Shown one piece after another: positions 28,730-37,661 of a DNA stretch of 64,000 nt. The number at the start of each line of letters is the position of its first letter. Within the stretch, counting starts at the first letter, position 1. The DNA is taken from NCBI GenBank assembly GCA_001791305.1, contig MGEI01000005.1, positions 146,698-210,697 on the forward strand. The letters run 5' to 3'. Origin of the DNA: Candidatus Uhrbacteria bacterium RIFCSPLOWO2_01_FULL_47_17 (lineage in GTDB: Bacteria; Patescibacteriota; Patescibacteriia; UBA9934; GWF2-40-263). The notes beneath the pieces are model-generated. The model made no database searches, had not been told where the DNA came from, and saw nothing but the letters and a program-made list of their open reading frames with translations. The translations under genes and the position numbers were made by a program.

Positions 28730-29629
28730 GTGGCCAAGCGTCGTTGTAAAGGCGCGTACGTCCGAATCGAGCTTCCGGACAAACGCACGACTCTTCCTGA
28801 AAATACAGCCGATCTTCTGAAAGAAGCGGCGGACTTTGCCATCTTGCGTGCTCACTCCATTTGGAAAATGTCCGAGCAAAACAAGCGTGGATGGATCACT
28901 TACATACAAATTAGCGAAGAAACATTTCGCGAAGATCGCGAACGATTTCAGGAAATCGCGGAAGAAAACGTCGGGCTTTATCATCTGCTCTTGTCCGTCT
29001 TTTTCACGAAGATTCATCAAGAAATGGAACCAAGAGCCTCGGCGCATAAAATTCGTACACGAAACGCGTACCTTTCGGCCGGAATGGCGCAACGAGAAAT
29101 CTCAAGCGCCTGCCTCTGTCTCAGCGAGGAGAGTGCGAGAACGATTCCTCAAATGAAATCTGAAACATTTGGAATCGATCCTCATATTTGGCTTACAGGC
29201 TTTATTGGAGGAAGGTCGGTTGCACGTGTGATTGCTGCATTCATGAATCGTGGGGCAGAAATCTTTTTCCCGACAGCGTACATCGACATTCAAGGTCGCA
29301 TCGATCTGTTGGTGCGATTCCCTGTGAATAGTCTTGGGCTGTGCGTACAGATCAAAACATTTCAGAACCTGAACCACATTCGTTATCGTCTCATCCCGGA
29401 AGTGCCTTATCATCAAATCAAGGAGCTGTCTGAAGACGATCAATACTTTCTGAAAGGCGTAACGGAATTCCGCAGCGACAATATCGGCATGTGGTTCCCT
29501 CTTGAAATCATGATCGGAGACGCGTCCTACACACAACGATACATCGATCCACCGCGTAACATTACTTACGCGTTTGATCGAATGCTCATGGATCTCTTCG
29601 AACACGCAAAAGAATTCGCAACCCCTTAA
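28730..29629 (+). CDS. uncharacterised protein, tandem paralog 2
   Basis: GTG start 28730, 6 nt after RBS aaggagg, aligning VAKRRCKGAYVRIELPD with MGKRRLNGEHIQVRLPE of paralog 1; the track ORF starts further upstream at 28604. Confidence 0.55.
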   Translation: MAKRRCKGAYVRIELPDKRTTLPENTADLLKEAADFAILRAHSIWKMSEQNKRGWITYIQISEETFREDRERFQEIAEENVGLYHLLLSVFFTKIHQEMEPRASAHKIRTRNAYLSAGMAQREISSACLCLSEESARTIPQMKSETFGIDPHIWLTGFIGGRSVARVIAAFMNRGAEIFFPTAYIDIQGRIDLLVRFPVNSLGLCVQIKTFQNLNHIRYRLIPEVPYHQIKELSEDDQYFLKGVTEFRSDNIGMWFPLEIMIGDASYTQRYIDPPRNITYAFDRMLMDLFEHAKEFATP

Positions 29630-29710
29630 CGCTTCCGCTGGAAGCGTTTTTTCTTTCCCAATTGAAAAATCTGAGCGTGTCGCGTACACTCGAAGCACAA
29701 ACGAACGAAT

Positions 29711-29837
29711 GATGAAACTTCCAAAATTGGTGCCTCGCGCCGTGCTGGAGGCAAAAAGATCGTGAGAGGTATCCTAAAATACCTCGAACAATTTTTTGCC
29801 GAAGCGCAAGCGAGGCGCCGATTTTGGAAGTTTCATC
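29711..29837 (+). other. structured leader: 28-bp inverted repeat (gatgaaacttccaaaattggtgcctcgc ... gcgaggcgccgattttggaagtttcatc) enclosing a structured loop of about 70 nt, ending 1 nt before tRNA-Leu(TAG)
   Basis: arms are near-perfect reverse complements; the same core IR (AAACTTCCAAAATTGG/CCGATTTTGGAAGTTT) precedes tRNA-Leu(TAA) at 39697-39822. Confidence 0.45.
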
Positions 29838-29922
29838 GCGAGCGTGGCGGAATTGGTATACGCACTAGCCTTAGGAGCTAGCGGAGCAATCCATGAGAGT
29901 TCGAGTCTCTCCGCTCGCACCA
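29838..29922 (+). tRNA. tRNA-Leu (anticodon TAG)
   Basis: GCGAGCGTGGCGGAATTGGTATACGCACTAGCCTTAGGAGCTAGCGGAGCAATCCATGAGAGTTCGAGTCTCTCCGCTCGCACCA; long variable arm, 3-bp D stem. Confidence 0.9.
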
Positions 29923-30125
29923 AAAAATCAGAACTGAAAAAATTATCCACACACCCACCATTGACAACAACAAAATTTTTTGATGAAATGTTTATACAAG
30001 AAATAAGAACTCCTAGATTGATCATATTCATCTGGGAGTTCTTTTTTGTTTCCAAAAAATGGAAACACGATCTGATCCATCGTCTTCACGTGCGCCGCGT
30101 GTTCATTCATTTTCATTCTGACCCT

Positions 30126-32750
30126 ATGAAACAAAATCTGATTTTTCTGTTTGCCTTGTTTGCGATCTTGTTTGGATCTGTCCCAACGTTCGCAAACGCA
30201 TCCACACCACCAAGCATCGTGATTTCCGAAATCGCGTGGGCGGGATCTTCGCTCTCAACATCTGATGAGTGGATCGAGCTTGCAAACATCACGAACAATC
30301 CCGTCGACGTTTCCGGATGGAGCCTTGTGGGCGCCTCGAACACACCCATCATCTTCCCCGCCGGAAGCACTATCGACCCACATTCAACATTTCTCATCAC
30401 CAACTATGCACACACAAATACAAGCTCAACACTCAACACACAACCACAAATCATCACGACCCTGGTCTCGATCCCAAATGACAAACTCGCCCTCACGCTC
30501 ACGTCACAAATGGGAAGCGTGGTCGATTCCGCCAGCAACGGAGGAAATCCTCTCGCGGGAGCGTCTGGCGGAACTGGAAGCACGGCTGATGGACGATACA
30601 GATCCATGGAACGACTAAATTTTTCTCTCGAAGGCACAAGCAAAGAAGCGTGGTCAAACGCAGAGACCTCGAATGGATTCAAAAACGAGGTGCTCGATCA
30701 AGGCACGCCGGGAAGTCTCAATACTTCTCTACAAGTTGCGTTGATCGAAACACAATCTACAACGGTTGCAATGACAACGGACACAGTTGTGGAAGCGAAT
30801 ACCTCGTCACAACCTATTCCTGCAGAAACAACAGAACCAATAGAACCAGACCAAATTTGTGAAGATGTGGCGATTGATAATGTTCCAGTACCAGATGAAC
30901 CAAACATGACGAATGGAACAATCGAGGAAGTCGTGACAGTTGTTTCCGACCCTCCTCCGGCCTCTCAAGCCCCTCAAGCCTCTCCCACCTCTCCAGCCCT
31001 TCCCCCAACCCCTCCCCCACAAGGCACGCTGCGCATCAACGAAATCTATCCACGTCCGGGAACAGGCGAATCCGAATGGGTGGAACTTGAAAATAATTCA
31101 ATGTATCCAGTCGTCACAAACGGTTGGAGTATCCTCGATGCAAGCGGTGCTGCAACCGCGCTACCAGATGGCGTTGTTTCTCCGGGTTCCTATCTCGTGA
31201 TCGAAAATCCAAAAGGCAAATTGAATAATGACGGTGACTCCGTGATCCTGAAAGATGCGAGTGGATCGACTGTCGAATCAGTTCTTTATAACGCAGACCT
31301 CGGAAGTGTTCCGGATATGGGAGAGTCACTTGTTCGAGTCGATGCTTCAACGCTTACGATCTCGATCACACCAACAAAGAATAGTTCGAACACTCTCACG
31401 CCTCGACCACCAAAACCAACAACGACAATCGTAAGCAATACATCGAATGGAACCAACGCAACCAATGACGAACCTGTTGCGACGAATGTGGAAGTCGTTG
31501 CAACAACATCTGTCGTGCCCGAATCGAATGGATACCCACAAGAGGCACCCCTACAAACACAACAAGTTCCGATCATAAAAACAATTCGTCTGTCCGAATT
31601 TTATCCAAACACCGATGGACACGATGCGACCGATGAATTTATTGAACTTGAAAACACGGGTGATCAACCTGTTTCACTCGATGGCTGGGTCCTGAACGAC
31701 TTAGGAGGAACCAAATTCACTTTTACAAAAGATGCTTCGATTGCCGCGCACACATTCAAAGCATTCTTGCGTCCGGACACAAAAATCAGTCTTAATAATG
31801 ACGGCGATACCATCACGCTCACCGCGCCAGATGGCACGATCGTTGATACACAAACTTATGATCAAGCAAAAACCCTCCTCACGTACGCACGCACAAAAGA
31901 CGTTTGGAATTGGACACAAACAGGTACACCACATGAACCAAATACTCTTTCGGGAAACAGCGCTTCGGTTCAACCAACAACTCCAAACAATGCTTCAACC
32001 ACACAATCCAACGGGGCCAAGTCCACTGCCTTGTTAACGATCTCGGAAGTAAAACAACGCACAGACGGAACGCGTGTAAAAATCCAAGGTGTTGTGACTG
32101 CTCTTCCAAACACATTCAACTCACAGACGATGTACGTACAAGACAGCACGGGCGGCATTCAAATTTTCAAAAGTGATTGCCGATTTCCAACGCTTGTTGA
32201 AGGTCAGTCGATCACGGTGAGTGGAATTCTGTCGCACATAAACGGTGAGGCTCGTATTAAAGTGATGAACCAAACATCTCTTGCCGTCGGATCCCTCGTC
32301 GAAGCTATCACGCCATCTACCTTTACATCTGGCGATGATTCTTCTGTTGGCTCACTCATGACCATCGCAGGAATCATCACATCTAAATCCGGTACACGTC
32401 TTGCGCTCGATGTTGATGGCGAAATGTTCAATGTAGATCTTCCAAAAACAACAACAGCTGTGCATCGAACAGGAGAGCGTGTGCAAGTGAGTGGCATCTT
32501 AGCGAAAAATAAATCGGGCGATGTCTTAAAAGCGCGCTCCGAACAAGATGTCACATCACTTCCAAAAGAACTTGTTGAACAGCCAGCACCAGACATCACA
32601 GCTGTAGGAGCACAAGAACCAAAAGAAACTCTCGCGATTGTCTTAATCCTCCTCGCTTCGCTCGCCTTCCTTGGTCTCAAACTCCGCCCATATCTTTACA
32701 CACTCACCCAATCCTATGGACGAAAAACATCTCTCCGTCCTCGATCTTAA
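30126..32750 (+). CDS. large cell-surface protein with three lamin-tail (LTD) domains, Thr/Pro-rich linkers, a C-terminal OB-like domain and a C-terminal TM anchor
   Basis: ATG 30126 gives signal peptide MKQNLIFLFALFAILFGSVPTFANA; LTD signatures ISEIAWAGSS..DEWIELANIT..VSGWSL, INEIYPRPGTGESEWVELEN..NGWSI, LSEFYPNTDG..DEFIELENTG..LDGWVL; C-terminus LAIVLILLASLAFLGL. Confidence 0.75.
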   Translation: MKQNLIFLFALFAILFGSVPTFANASTPPSIVISEIAWAGSSLSTSDEWIELANITNNPVDVSGWSLVGASNTPIIFPAGSTIDPHSTFLITNYAHTNTSSTLNTQPQIITTLVSIPNDKLALTLTSQMGSVVDSASNGGNPLAGASGGTGSTADGRYRSMERLNFSLEGTSKEAWSNAETSNGFKNEVLDQGTPGSLNTSLQVALIETQSTTVAMTTDTVVEANTSSQPIPAETTEPIEPDQICEDVAIDNVPVPDEPNMTNGTIEEVVTVVSDPPPASQAPQASPTSPALPPTPPPQGTLRINEIYPRPGTGESEWVELENNSMYPVVTNGWSILDASGAATALPDGVVSPGSYLVIENPKGKLNNDGDSVILKDASGSTVESVLYNADLGSVPDMGESLVRVDASTLTISITPTKNSSNTLTPRPPKPTTTIVSNTSNGTNATNDEPVATNVEVVATTSVVPESNGYPQEAPLQTQQVPIIKTIRLSEFYPNTDGHDATDEFIELENTGDQPVSLDGWVLNDLGGTKFTFTKDASIAAHTFKAFLRPDTKISLNNDGDTITLTAPDGTIVDTQTYDQAKTLLTYARTKDVWNWTQTGTPHEPNTLSGNSASVQPTTPNNASTTQSNGAKSTALLTISEVKQRTDGTRVKIQGVVTALPNTFNSQTMYVQDSTGGIQIFKSDCRFPTLVEGQSITVSGILSHINGEARIKVMNQTSLAVGSLVEAITPSTFTSGDDSSVGSLMTIAGIITSKSGTRLALDVDGEMFNVDLPKTTTAVHRTGERVQVSGILAKNKSGDVLKARSEQDVTSLPKELVEQPAPDITAVGAQEPKETLAIVLILLASLAFLGLKLRPYLYTLTQSYGRKTSLRPRS

Positions 32751-32848
32751 AAAACACCTCGAGGCACGCGCGTACACCTACGGCGTCTCCGCAACCGTCT
32801 CAACCCTCCTCGGCGAATATTTATTAGAACTTTTAACCAAATCCTATT

Positions 32849-33070
32849 ATGTCCGAAACACAAACGCAACCATGGTTTAATCAATTACGCTCAAAACTCA
32901 CAGATCTCGCTGAACAATTTGATCTCGACCCAATCCAGGCAGAGCAATTCCGAGAAACCATGTTCGGCTTATGCAAACAGGAATACATGCTTGGAAATAA
33001 ATCCGGAATTGCGTGGGCATTCAAAAAAGCCGCGGAAAGACGTGGTGATTCACAAGCGGCGGCTGCGTGA
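32849..33070 (+). CDS. hypothetical small protein (73 aa)
   Basis: ORF only; overlaps a 54-aa ORF (32716-32880) in another frame, so a frameshifted single gene is possible. Confidence 0.3.
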   Translation: MSETQTQPWFNQLRSKLTDLAEQFDLDPIQAEQFRETMFGLCKQEYMLGNKSGIAWAFKKAAERRGDSQAAAA

Positions 33071-33086
33071 TATAATCCATAATACT

Positions 33087-33524
33087 ATGGATAAAACACT
33101 TACAACTGAACAACGCTTTGAACATGTCGATCACCAGTTTGGAGTCATCGACAAACGCTCGGAGCGCACAGAATTCCGAACGAACCAACGAATCAATCTT
33201 ATTGAAGATCGATTGGATCGGCATGATCTGAATTTTCTTGAACTGAAAAATTCCATAACAGATCTCGCGATTATGACCAAGAATCAGTTTGATCATGTTT
33301 ATGAACAATTCGACAAAGTCGATAACCGATTCAATCAAGTTGATAAACGATTCGACACCCTGGAATCGCTCATGAAAAAAGGCTTCGAACGAACAGATAA
33401 ACTCGAAGGACGATTTGACCGACTTGAAGGACGATTCGATAAACTAGAGGCGCTTGTAAAAAGGGGCTTTGAGCGAACCGATAGACTCGAAGCGCTCATG
33501 AAAAAAGGTTTTGGAATGGCCTAA
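33087..33524 (+). CDS. coiled-coil repeat protein (RFDxLE / KRGFERTDxLEA repeats)
   Basis: TATAAT at 33071-33076 just upstream; heptad-like repeats FDKVDNRFNQVDKRFDTLESLMKKGFERTDKLEGRFDRLEGRFDKLEALVKRGFERTDRLEALMKKGF. Confidence 0.5.
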   Translation: MDKTLTTEQRFEHVDHQFGVIDKRSERTEFRTNQRINLIEDRLDRHDLNFLELKNSITDLAIMTKNQFDHVYEQFDKVDNRFNQVDKRFDTLESLMKKGFERTDKLEGRFDRLEGRFDKLEALVKRGFERTDRLEALMKKGFGMA

Positions 33525-33557
33525 TCAAAAGACTCGCCGTGATGGCGAGTCTTTTTT

Positions 33558-34172
33558 CTATTCAAGGGGTGGAAAATCGAAATCTCTTTCGAGTTGGAGT
33601 CGTCTGGCGACAACAGACGGAGAACTTTTCTTTGCAAGAATACCTCGACACGCAAGCGCGGCTTGTCGCATTTCTTCGGAACGCAAAAACACTTCGTCAA
33701 TTTTACAACGCTTTACAAGCGTGACAGATCCGGAAGAATCTCCGCGCGTCATGGCGGAAAGCGCAACAGCTTTCATGAGACTTTGCATTTCTTCCGTCGC
33801 CAATTCAGCTTCTGAAATCTGAAAACGATCCATGATTCCAAGCGCAGACGAAAGTCGATTTGCTCTGATCTCTAACAATACCATCACAAGCGCAGCCGAT
33901 TGTGTTTCTGGATTTGCGTTAAACTCCGCAGAAGCGCTCGGTTCCCATCCCTCCATGACCAACTCAAAATCCTCTGGATCATGTGGAATTTCCCCCGTCA
34001 TCATTTTTCGAACAAACGCATCGGGTGTAAGGCCCATTTCCTGAGCCTTCGCAAGCAACACCTCTTTTCGTCGTTTTGCCTCTTGTTCCACTTCTTCCAT
34101 GGCTGACAACTCTTGTGCCTCAACCGCTTTTGGAGCCGCTTCGGGTCGAAACCCAGATTCAAGTGTGCTCAT
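33558..34172 (-). CDS. hypothetical acidic protein
   Basis: ORF; ATG 34172 (MSTLESG) preferred over the F/Y-rich upstream extension. Confidence 0.45.
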   Translation of the reverse strand: MSTLESGFRPEAAPKAVEAQELSAMEEVEQEAKRRKEVLLAKAQEMGLTPDAFVRKMMTGEIPHDPEDFELVMEGWEPSASAEFNANPETQSAALVMVLLEIRANRLSSALGIMDRFQISEAELATEEMQSLMKAVALSAMTRGDSSGSVTLVKRCKIDEVFLRSEEMRQAALACRGILAKKSSPSVVARRLQLERDFDFPPLE

Positions 34173-34259
34173 ATGTCGAAAGTATAGCAGAAAAAAATAG
34201 AAATACTCCACCGTTGACGTTCTCCTCTGTTTTTACTAGAATAACCTCACCTCAAAGCT

Positions 34260-34334
34260 GCAGGAATAGCTCAGGGGTAGAGCTTCTCCTTGCCAAGGAG
34301 AAGGCCGCGGGTTCGAATCCCGTTTCCTGCTCCA
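34260..34334 (+). tRNA. tRNA-Gly (anticodon GCC)
   Basis: GCAGGAATAGCTCAGGGGTAGAGCTTCTCCTTGCCAAGGAGAAGGCCGCGGGTTCGAATCCCGTTTCCTGCTCCA. Confidence 0.9.
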
Positions 34335-34335
34335 A

Positions 34336-34366
34336 CAAAAAATCCGGACGTACGTCCGGATTTTTT
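34336..34366 (+). terminator. rho-independent terminator (aaaaaatccggacgtacgtccggatttttt)
   Basis: perfect hairpin + T-run directly after the tRNA. Confidence 0.65.
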
Positions 34367-34377
34367 GTTGGATTAGA

Positions 34378-34403
34378 GGGGAGGGTCGCGACCCTCCCCT
34401 ACA
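34378..34403. repeat. palindromic element GGGGAGGGTCGCGACCCTCCCCTACA (identical core to 2339-2363)
   Basis: read directly. Confidence 0.6.
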
Positions 34404-34408
34404 AATAT

Positions 34409-35083
34409 TTATCGATATCTCACGTGGAGCGCAATCGCGGTCGCCGTCGCCACATTCAAGCTCTCGAGCTTAGCTTCGTGATCGATCACAACAGAAGTTC
34501 CGTCACGTGTAATCGAGATCCCTGAACCTTCATTGCCGATGATGAGCACGATTGATTGATCGGTTGCGAGAACGGATTCTGATTTCGCTCCCGGGCGTTT
34601 CTCGAGTCGATAAATTGGTCGATCGAGTTCCTTGAGCGTATCACGCGCACGCGATGGATCGAGGTCGATCCATGGGACGAGGAATAAGCCGCCGGCCGAG
34701 GCACGAATGACTTTTGTGGAACTCGGATCCGCAGACTCAACGAGAATCATGGATGCATCAAAACCGAGACACAGACGCATGATTGCTCCAACGTTTCCTG
34801 GATCTTGTACGCGATCGAGAAACACAACTGTTTTCGAGCGCTTCACGTCCTCAAGCGTCCACTCCGGAATCTTTGCAATCCCAATCACCTCTTGCGGCGT
34901 ATCCGTCGTCGCGATCTTCGAGAACGACCGCGCGCCCATGTCATTAATATGCAAAACTTCTTGCACCGCTTTCCCCGCGGTCTCAATCATCTTCGGCCCC
35001 TCAACCAAACACAAGCCGGTTTTTTCACGGCCTTTTTTGGTCTCCAGTTGCGCAAGCAGTTTGCGTTGGTTGTTTGTGAGCAT
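34409..35083 (-). CDS. SpoU/TrmH-family RNA 2'-O-methyltransferase (RlmB-like)
   Basis: N-terminal substrate-binding domain + SPOUT core with VLIIGNEGSGIS. Confidence 0.8.
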   Translation of the reverse strand: MLTNNQRKLLAQLETKKGREKTGLCLVEGPKMIETAGKAVQEVLHINDMGARSFSKIATTDTPQEVIGIAKIPEWTLEDVKRSKTVVFLDRVQDPGNVGAIMRLCLGFDASMILVESADPSSTKVIRASAGGLFLVPWIDLDPSRARDTLKELDRPIYRLEKRPGAKSESVLATDQSIVLIIGNEGSGISITRDGTSVVIDHEAKLESLNVATATAIALHVRYR

Positions 35084-35086
35084 AGG

Positions 35087-36736
35087 TTATGCAAGTGCTT
35101 GTAACATTCTTTCTTTGGCTTCGTCAATCGTTACGGAACCTTTTATGAGTTCCACCACATCTTCATGCGTCATGTTTTTCTCATCACGCAACCGTTCGGA
35201 CAAATTAATCGGCTCCCAAAATTCACGTCCGGCTTTGAATCCGAGTTTAATTAAATCACGACCAAGCAAAATAGGTTTAGGCATTTCTTTTTCAACCCCG
35301 AGTTTGCGCGCTTCTTCACGAACCCATTTCCCTGCCTTGTAAGGCTCGGGCAATTTAAACTGATCTTTATTCGGCGCGATCGTAAACGGTCCACGCCCTT
35401 GATTATCGGATTCCGCAACATACGTCAGTTCCGCAATCGTTGCGGGCCAAATGCGTTTTGCGAGTCTTCGAAAAGCCCCGCCGGAAACCTCTTCACCTTT
35501 CAAGAATTGGCGATACATCGTGCCTGGCCACAAATGCTCTTTCACGAGCGCAACCACTTTTTGTTCCAACTCTTTTGGCGCGCCAAGTTTCTTCAAAAAC
35601 ACTTTCGTTGGTCCCTCGCCCGCTGGCTCATGTCCATGCGCACGCGTACGACCTTCTTTGAATTCTGTTGTCTCTGGTTTTCCAAGATCATGACAAAGCG
35701 CTGCCATCATCACGACTTGTGCATCTTCTTTTCCGAGTTTCTCATGCTTGCAAACTTCTTTTGCCGCATCCACAACCATCAGTGTGTGAACCCAAACATC
35801 TCCTTCCGGATGCCACTCAAATTCTTGCGGCGTTCCACTCATCGCATTCAGTTCTGGATACAATGCTTCGATCACACCCATATCCATAAGCGATTGCAGA
35901 CCAAGTGATGGACGTTCGGATTTCAAAAGCAACTTGTTCCACTCCTCTCCCATACGTTCTTTGGGAAGTTCACGGAGCGACGGAACCATCTCGCGAAATA
36001 ACTGCATCGAAGCATCATCCGGCTTCATCCCAAATCGTCCAATGAATTGTGCACCTCGCATAACACGAAGTGGATCGTCTTTGAATAACTCAGGATCGGT
36101 CACACGCAACGTACGCGTACGCAAATCCTCCACTCCATTAAACGGATCGAAGATCTCACCTGTTAGCGGATCCTTCGAAAGCGCATTAAACGTGAAATCT
36201 CTGCGTTGCCCCGCTTCTTTAATCGACATTTTTGGATCTGTGTCGACCTGAAAACCTTTGTGGCCCTCGTGCACCTTTGAGTCTCGACGTGGAATCGACA
36301 CATCAATATCCATGTCACCATCGGTGATTTTCAAAATGCCAAACGCCTTTCCAACCGAATCCACTTTCCCAAATTTGTGAACGAGTTTTTCCAAATCATC
36401 GGGCTTCACGCCATACACTTCCAAATCAAAATCCTTGCTCGGAAGTCCGAGCACCTCGTCGCGAACCGAACCGCCGACAAGCAACGCGCGACCTCCAGCC
36501 GCTTTCACTGCTTCCGCAATCTTGCACACCCGCTCAAACATTTCCTTCGCCTCATTTCCTTCCCGATCTTCTGTGCGCTTCCCATAAGCTTCTCGAGAGA
36601 GCCCGCGAAAAATCTGCAAATCTTCAAAACTTGTTTCGAGTTCGGGCAATATTTTTAAATCCAAATTTGGTTTTGGACGACGATGTCGTTCTTCGTGACC
36701 AGATTGGAATGGTGAGCGTTCAGACATAATGCACAC
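35087..36736 (-). CDS. cca: CCA-adding enzyme / tRNA nucleotidyltransferase (Pol-beta head + HD domain)
   Basis: LVGGSVRDEVLGLPSKDFDLEV; HD domain ALCHDLGKP. Confidence 0.8.
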   Translation of the reverse strand: MCIMSERSPFQSGHEERHRRPKPNLDLKILPELETSFEDLQIFRGLSREAYGKRTEDREGNEAKEMFERVCKIAEAVKAAGGRALLVGGSVRDEVLGLPSKDFDLEVYGVKPDDLEKLVHKFGKVDSVGKAFGILKITDGDMDIDVSIPRRDSKVHEGHKGFQVDTDPKMSIKEAGQRRDFTFNALSKDPLTGEIFDPFNGVEDLRTRTLRVTDPELFKDDPLRVMRGAQFIGRFGMKPDDASMQLFREMVPSLRELPKERMGEEWNKLLLKSERPSLGLQSLMDMGVIEALYPELNAMSGTPQEFEWHPEGDVWVHTLMVVDAAKEVCKHEKLGKEDAQVVMMAALCHDLGKPETTEFKEGRTRAHGHEPAGEGPTKVFLKKLGAPKELEQKVVALVKEHLWPGTMYRQFLKGEEVSGGAFRRLAKRIWPATIAELTYVAESDNQGRGPFTIAPNKDQFKLPEPYKAGKWVREEARKLGVEKEMPKPILLGRDLIKLGFKAGREFWEPINLSERLRDEKNMTHEDVVELIKGSVTIDEAKERMLQALA

Positions 36737-36758
36737 ATAGTAACAAAAATGACTGTTG

Positions 36759-37661
36759 TTAAACAGTCATGCTTGCTTGCGTAATCCTATCCGTCACTCT
36801 CGTTAGATTCTCGAAACCGGGAAGTTGCGCGACCCGGTCGTTCACGAATTTTTTCATGGTGTCGACACCACCCTCGCCCGCAAATAAGGTTCGAATGACC
36901 AAATTCGAGTCGGCCTCCGTTTTAATCCCCTGCCCAACCGGCGTCCAAAAACGATCGATAATGTTTCGAGAAAGCACTTGCGAGAACCTCGACTCGGCGA
37001 GATGAATTCTCGCCACACTCCAATAGAACAACGAGTGTCTGGCCTCTTCACGCGCAATCGCTTTCAATAAATACGTAAGCACGGGATGATCTGCAAGCTC
37101 CCAGAGTCGTCGATACCCCGTGAGCGTCGAATACTCATTGATCGCACCCCACGTCATGTGTACAGCCGCAAATCGTTTTCCAAATGGCATGGCAATCAAC
37201 TGATTCAACTTGCTGCGTTTCGTATATGAAACAGGAATCAACGCGAATCCTTTTGCTTTCCAATCTGCGTCCGGATTAAATCCCGCTTCTTCCATAAATC
37301 GATTCAAAAGCTCGCCATGAACGGGTTCCTCGGTCACCCATCGTTCCATGAATTCTCGAATCACCGGATCTTTTCCCGTTGGACTTTTCATGAGCTCTTC
37401 GAAATACACCTCGGTCATGGTTTCAATATCTCGCATGTACAATAAAACCGGCAAGAATTTCTTGTCGATCTCGTGTAACGTCACATCTTTCCACGGAACA
37501 GAATCAAGAAACGATTTGTTGATGACGCGGTCTTCACTCTGGTACCAGTTGAGCGCGTCTTTTGCGGTAGCAAATAACATAGTGGAAATAGTGTAACCGA
37601 TCCATAAAGAAAAACAACCGTTTTGAGGCGGTTGTGAGAGGTTAGTCGTCCATGAATTCAA
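36759..37661 (-). CDS. ferritin-like di-iron carboxylate protein (acyl-ACP-desaturase-like family)
   Basis: two ExxH motifs (VTEEPVHGE, AREEARHS) spaced as in di-iron desaturases/oxidases. Confidence 0.5.
   Translation of the reverse strand: MNSWTTNLSQPPQNGCFSLWIGYTISTMLFATAKDALNWYQSEDRVINKSFLDSVPWKDVTLHEIDKKFLPVLLYMRDIETMTEVYFEELMKSPTGKDPVIREFMERWVTEEPVHGELLNRFMEEAGFNPDADWKAKGFALIPVSYTKRSKLNQLIAMPFGKRFAAVHMTWGAINEYSTLTGYRRLWELADHPVLTYLLKAIAREEARHSLFYWSVARIHLAESRFSQVLSRNIIDRFWTPVGQGIKTEADSNLVIRTLFAGEGGVDTMKKFVNDRVAQLPGFENLTRVTDRITQASMTV

Noticed and set aside
30113-32680. Antisense ORFs within the LTD-protein gene (30404-30682, 30807-31022, 32204-32680, etc.)
   Set aside because: Shadow ORFs of a confidently called ~875-aa gene.
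32716-32880. 54-aa ORF MDEKHLSVLDLKKHLEARAYTYGVSATVSTLLGEYLLELLTKSYYVRNTNATMV overlapping both the LTD gene end and the 32849 ORF
   Set aside because: It is too short and overlaps on both sides. It could be the N-terminal part of a frameshifted gene with 32849-33070, but that cannot be decided without homologs.
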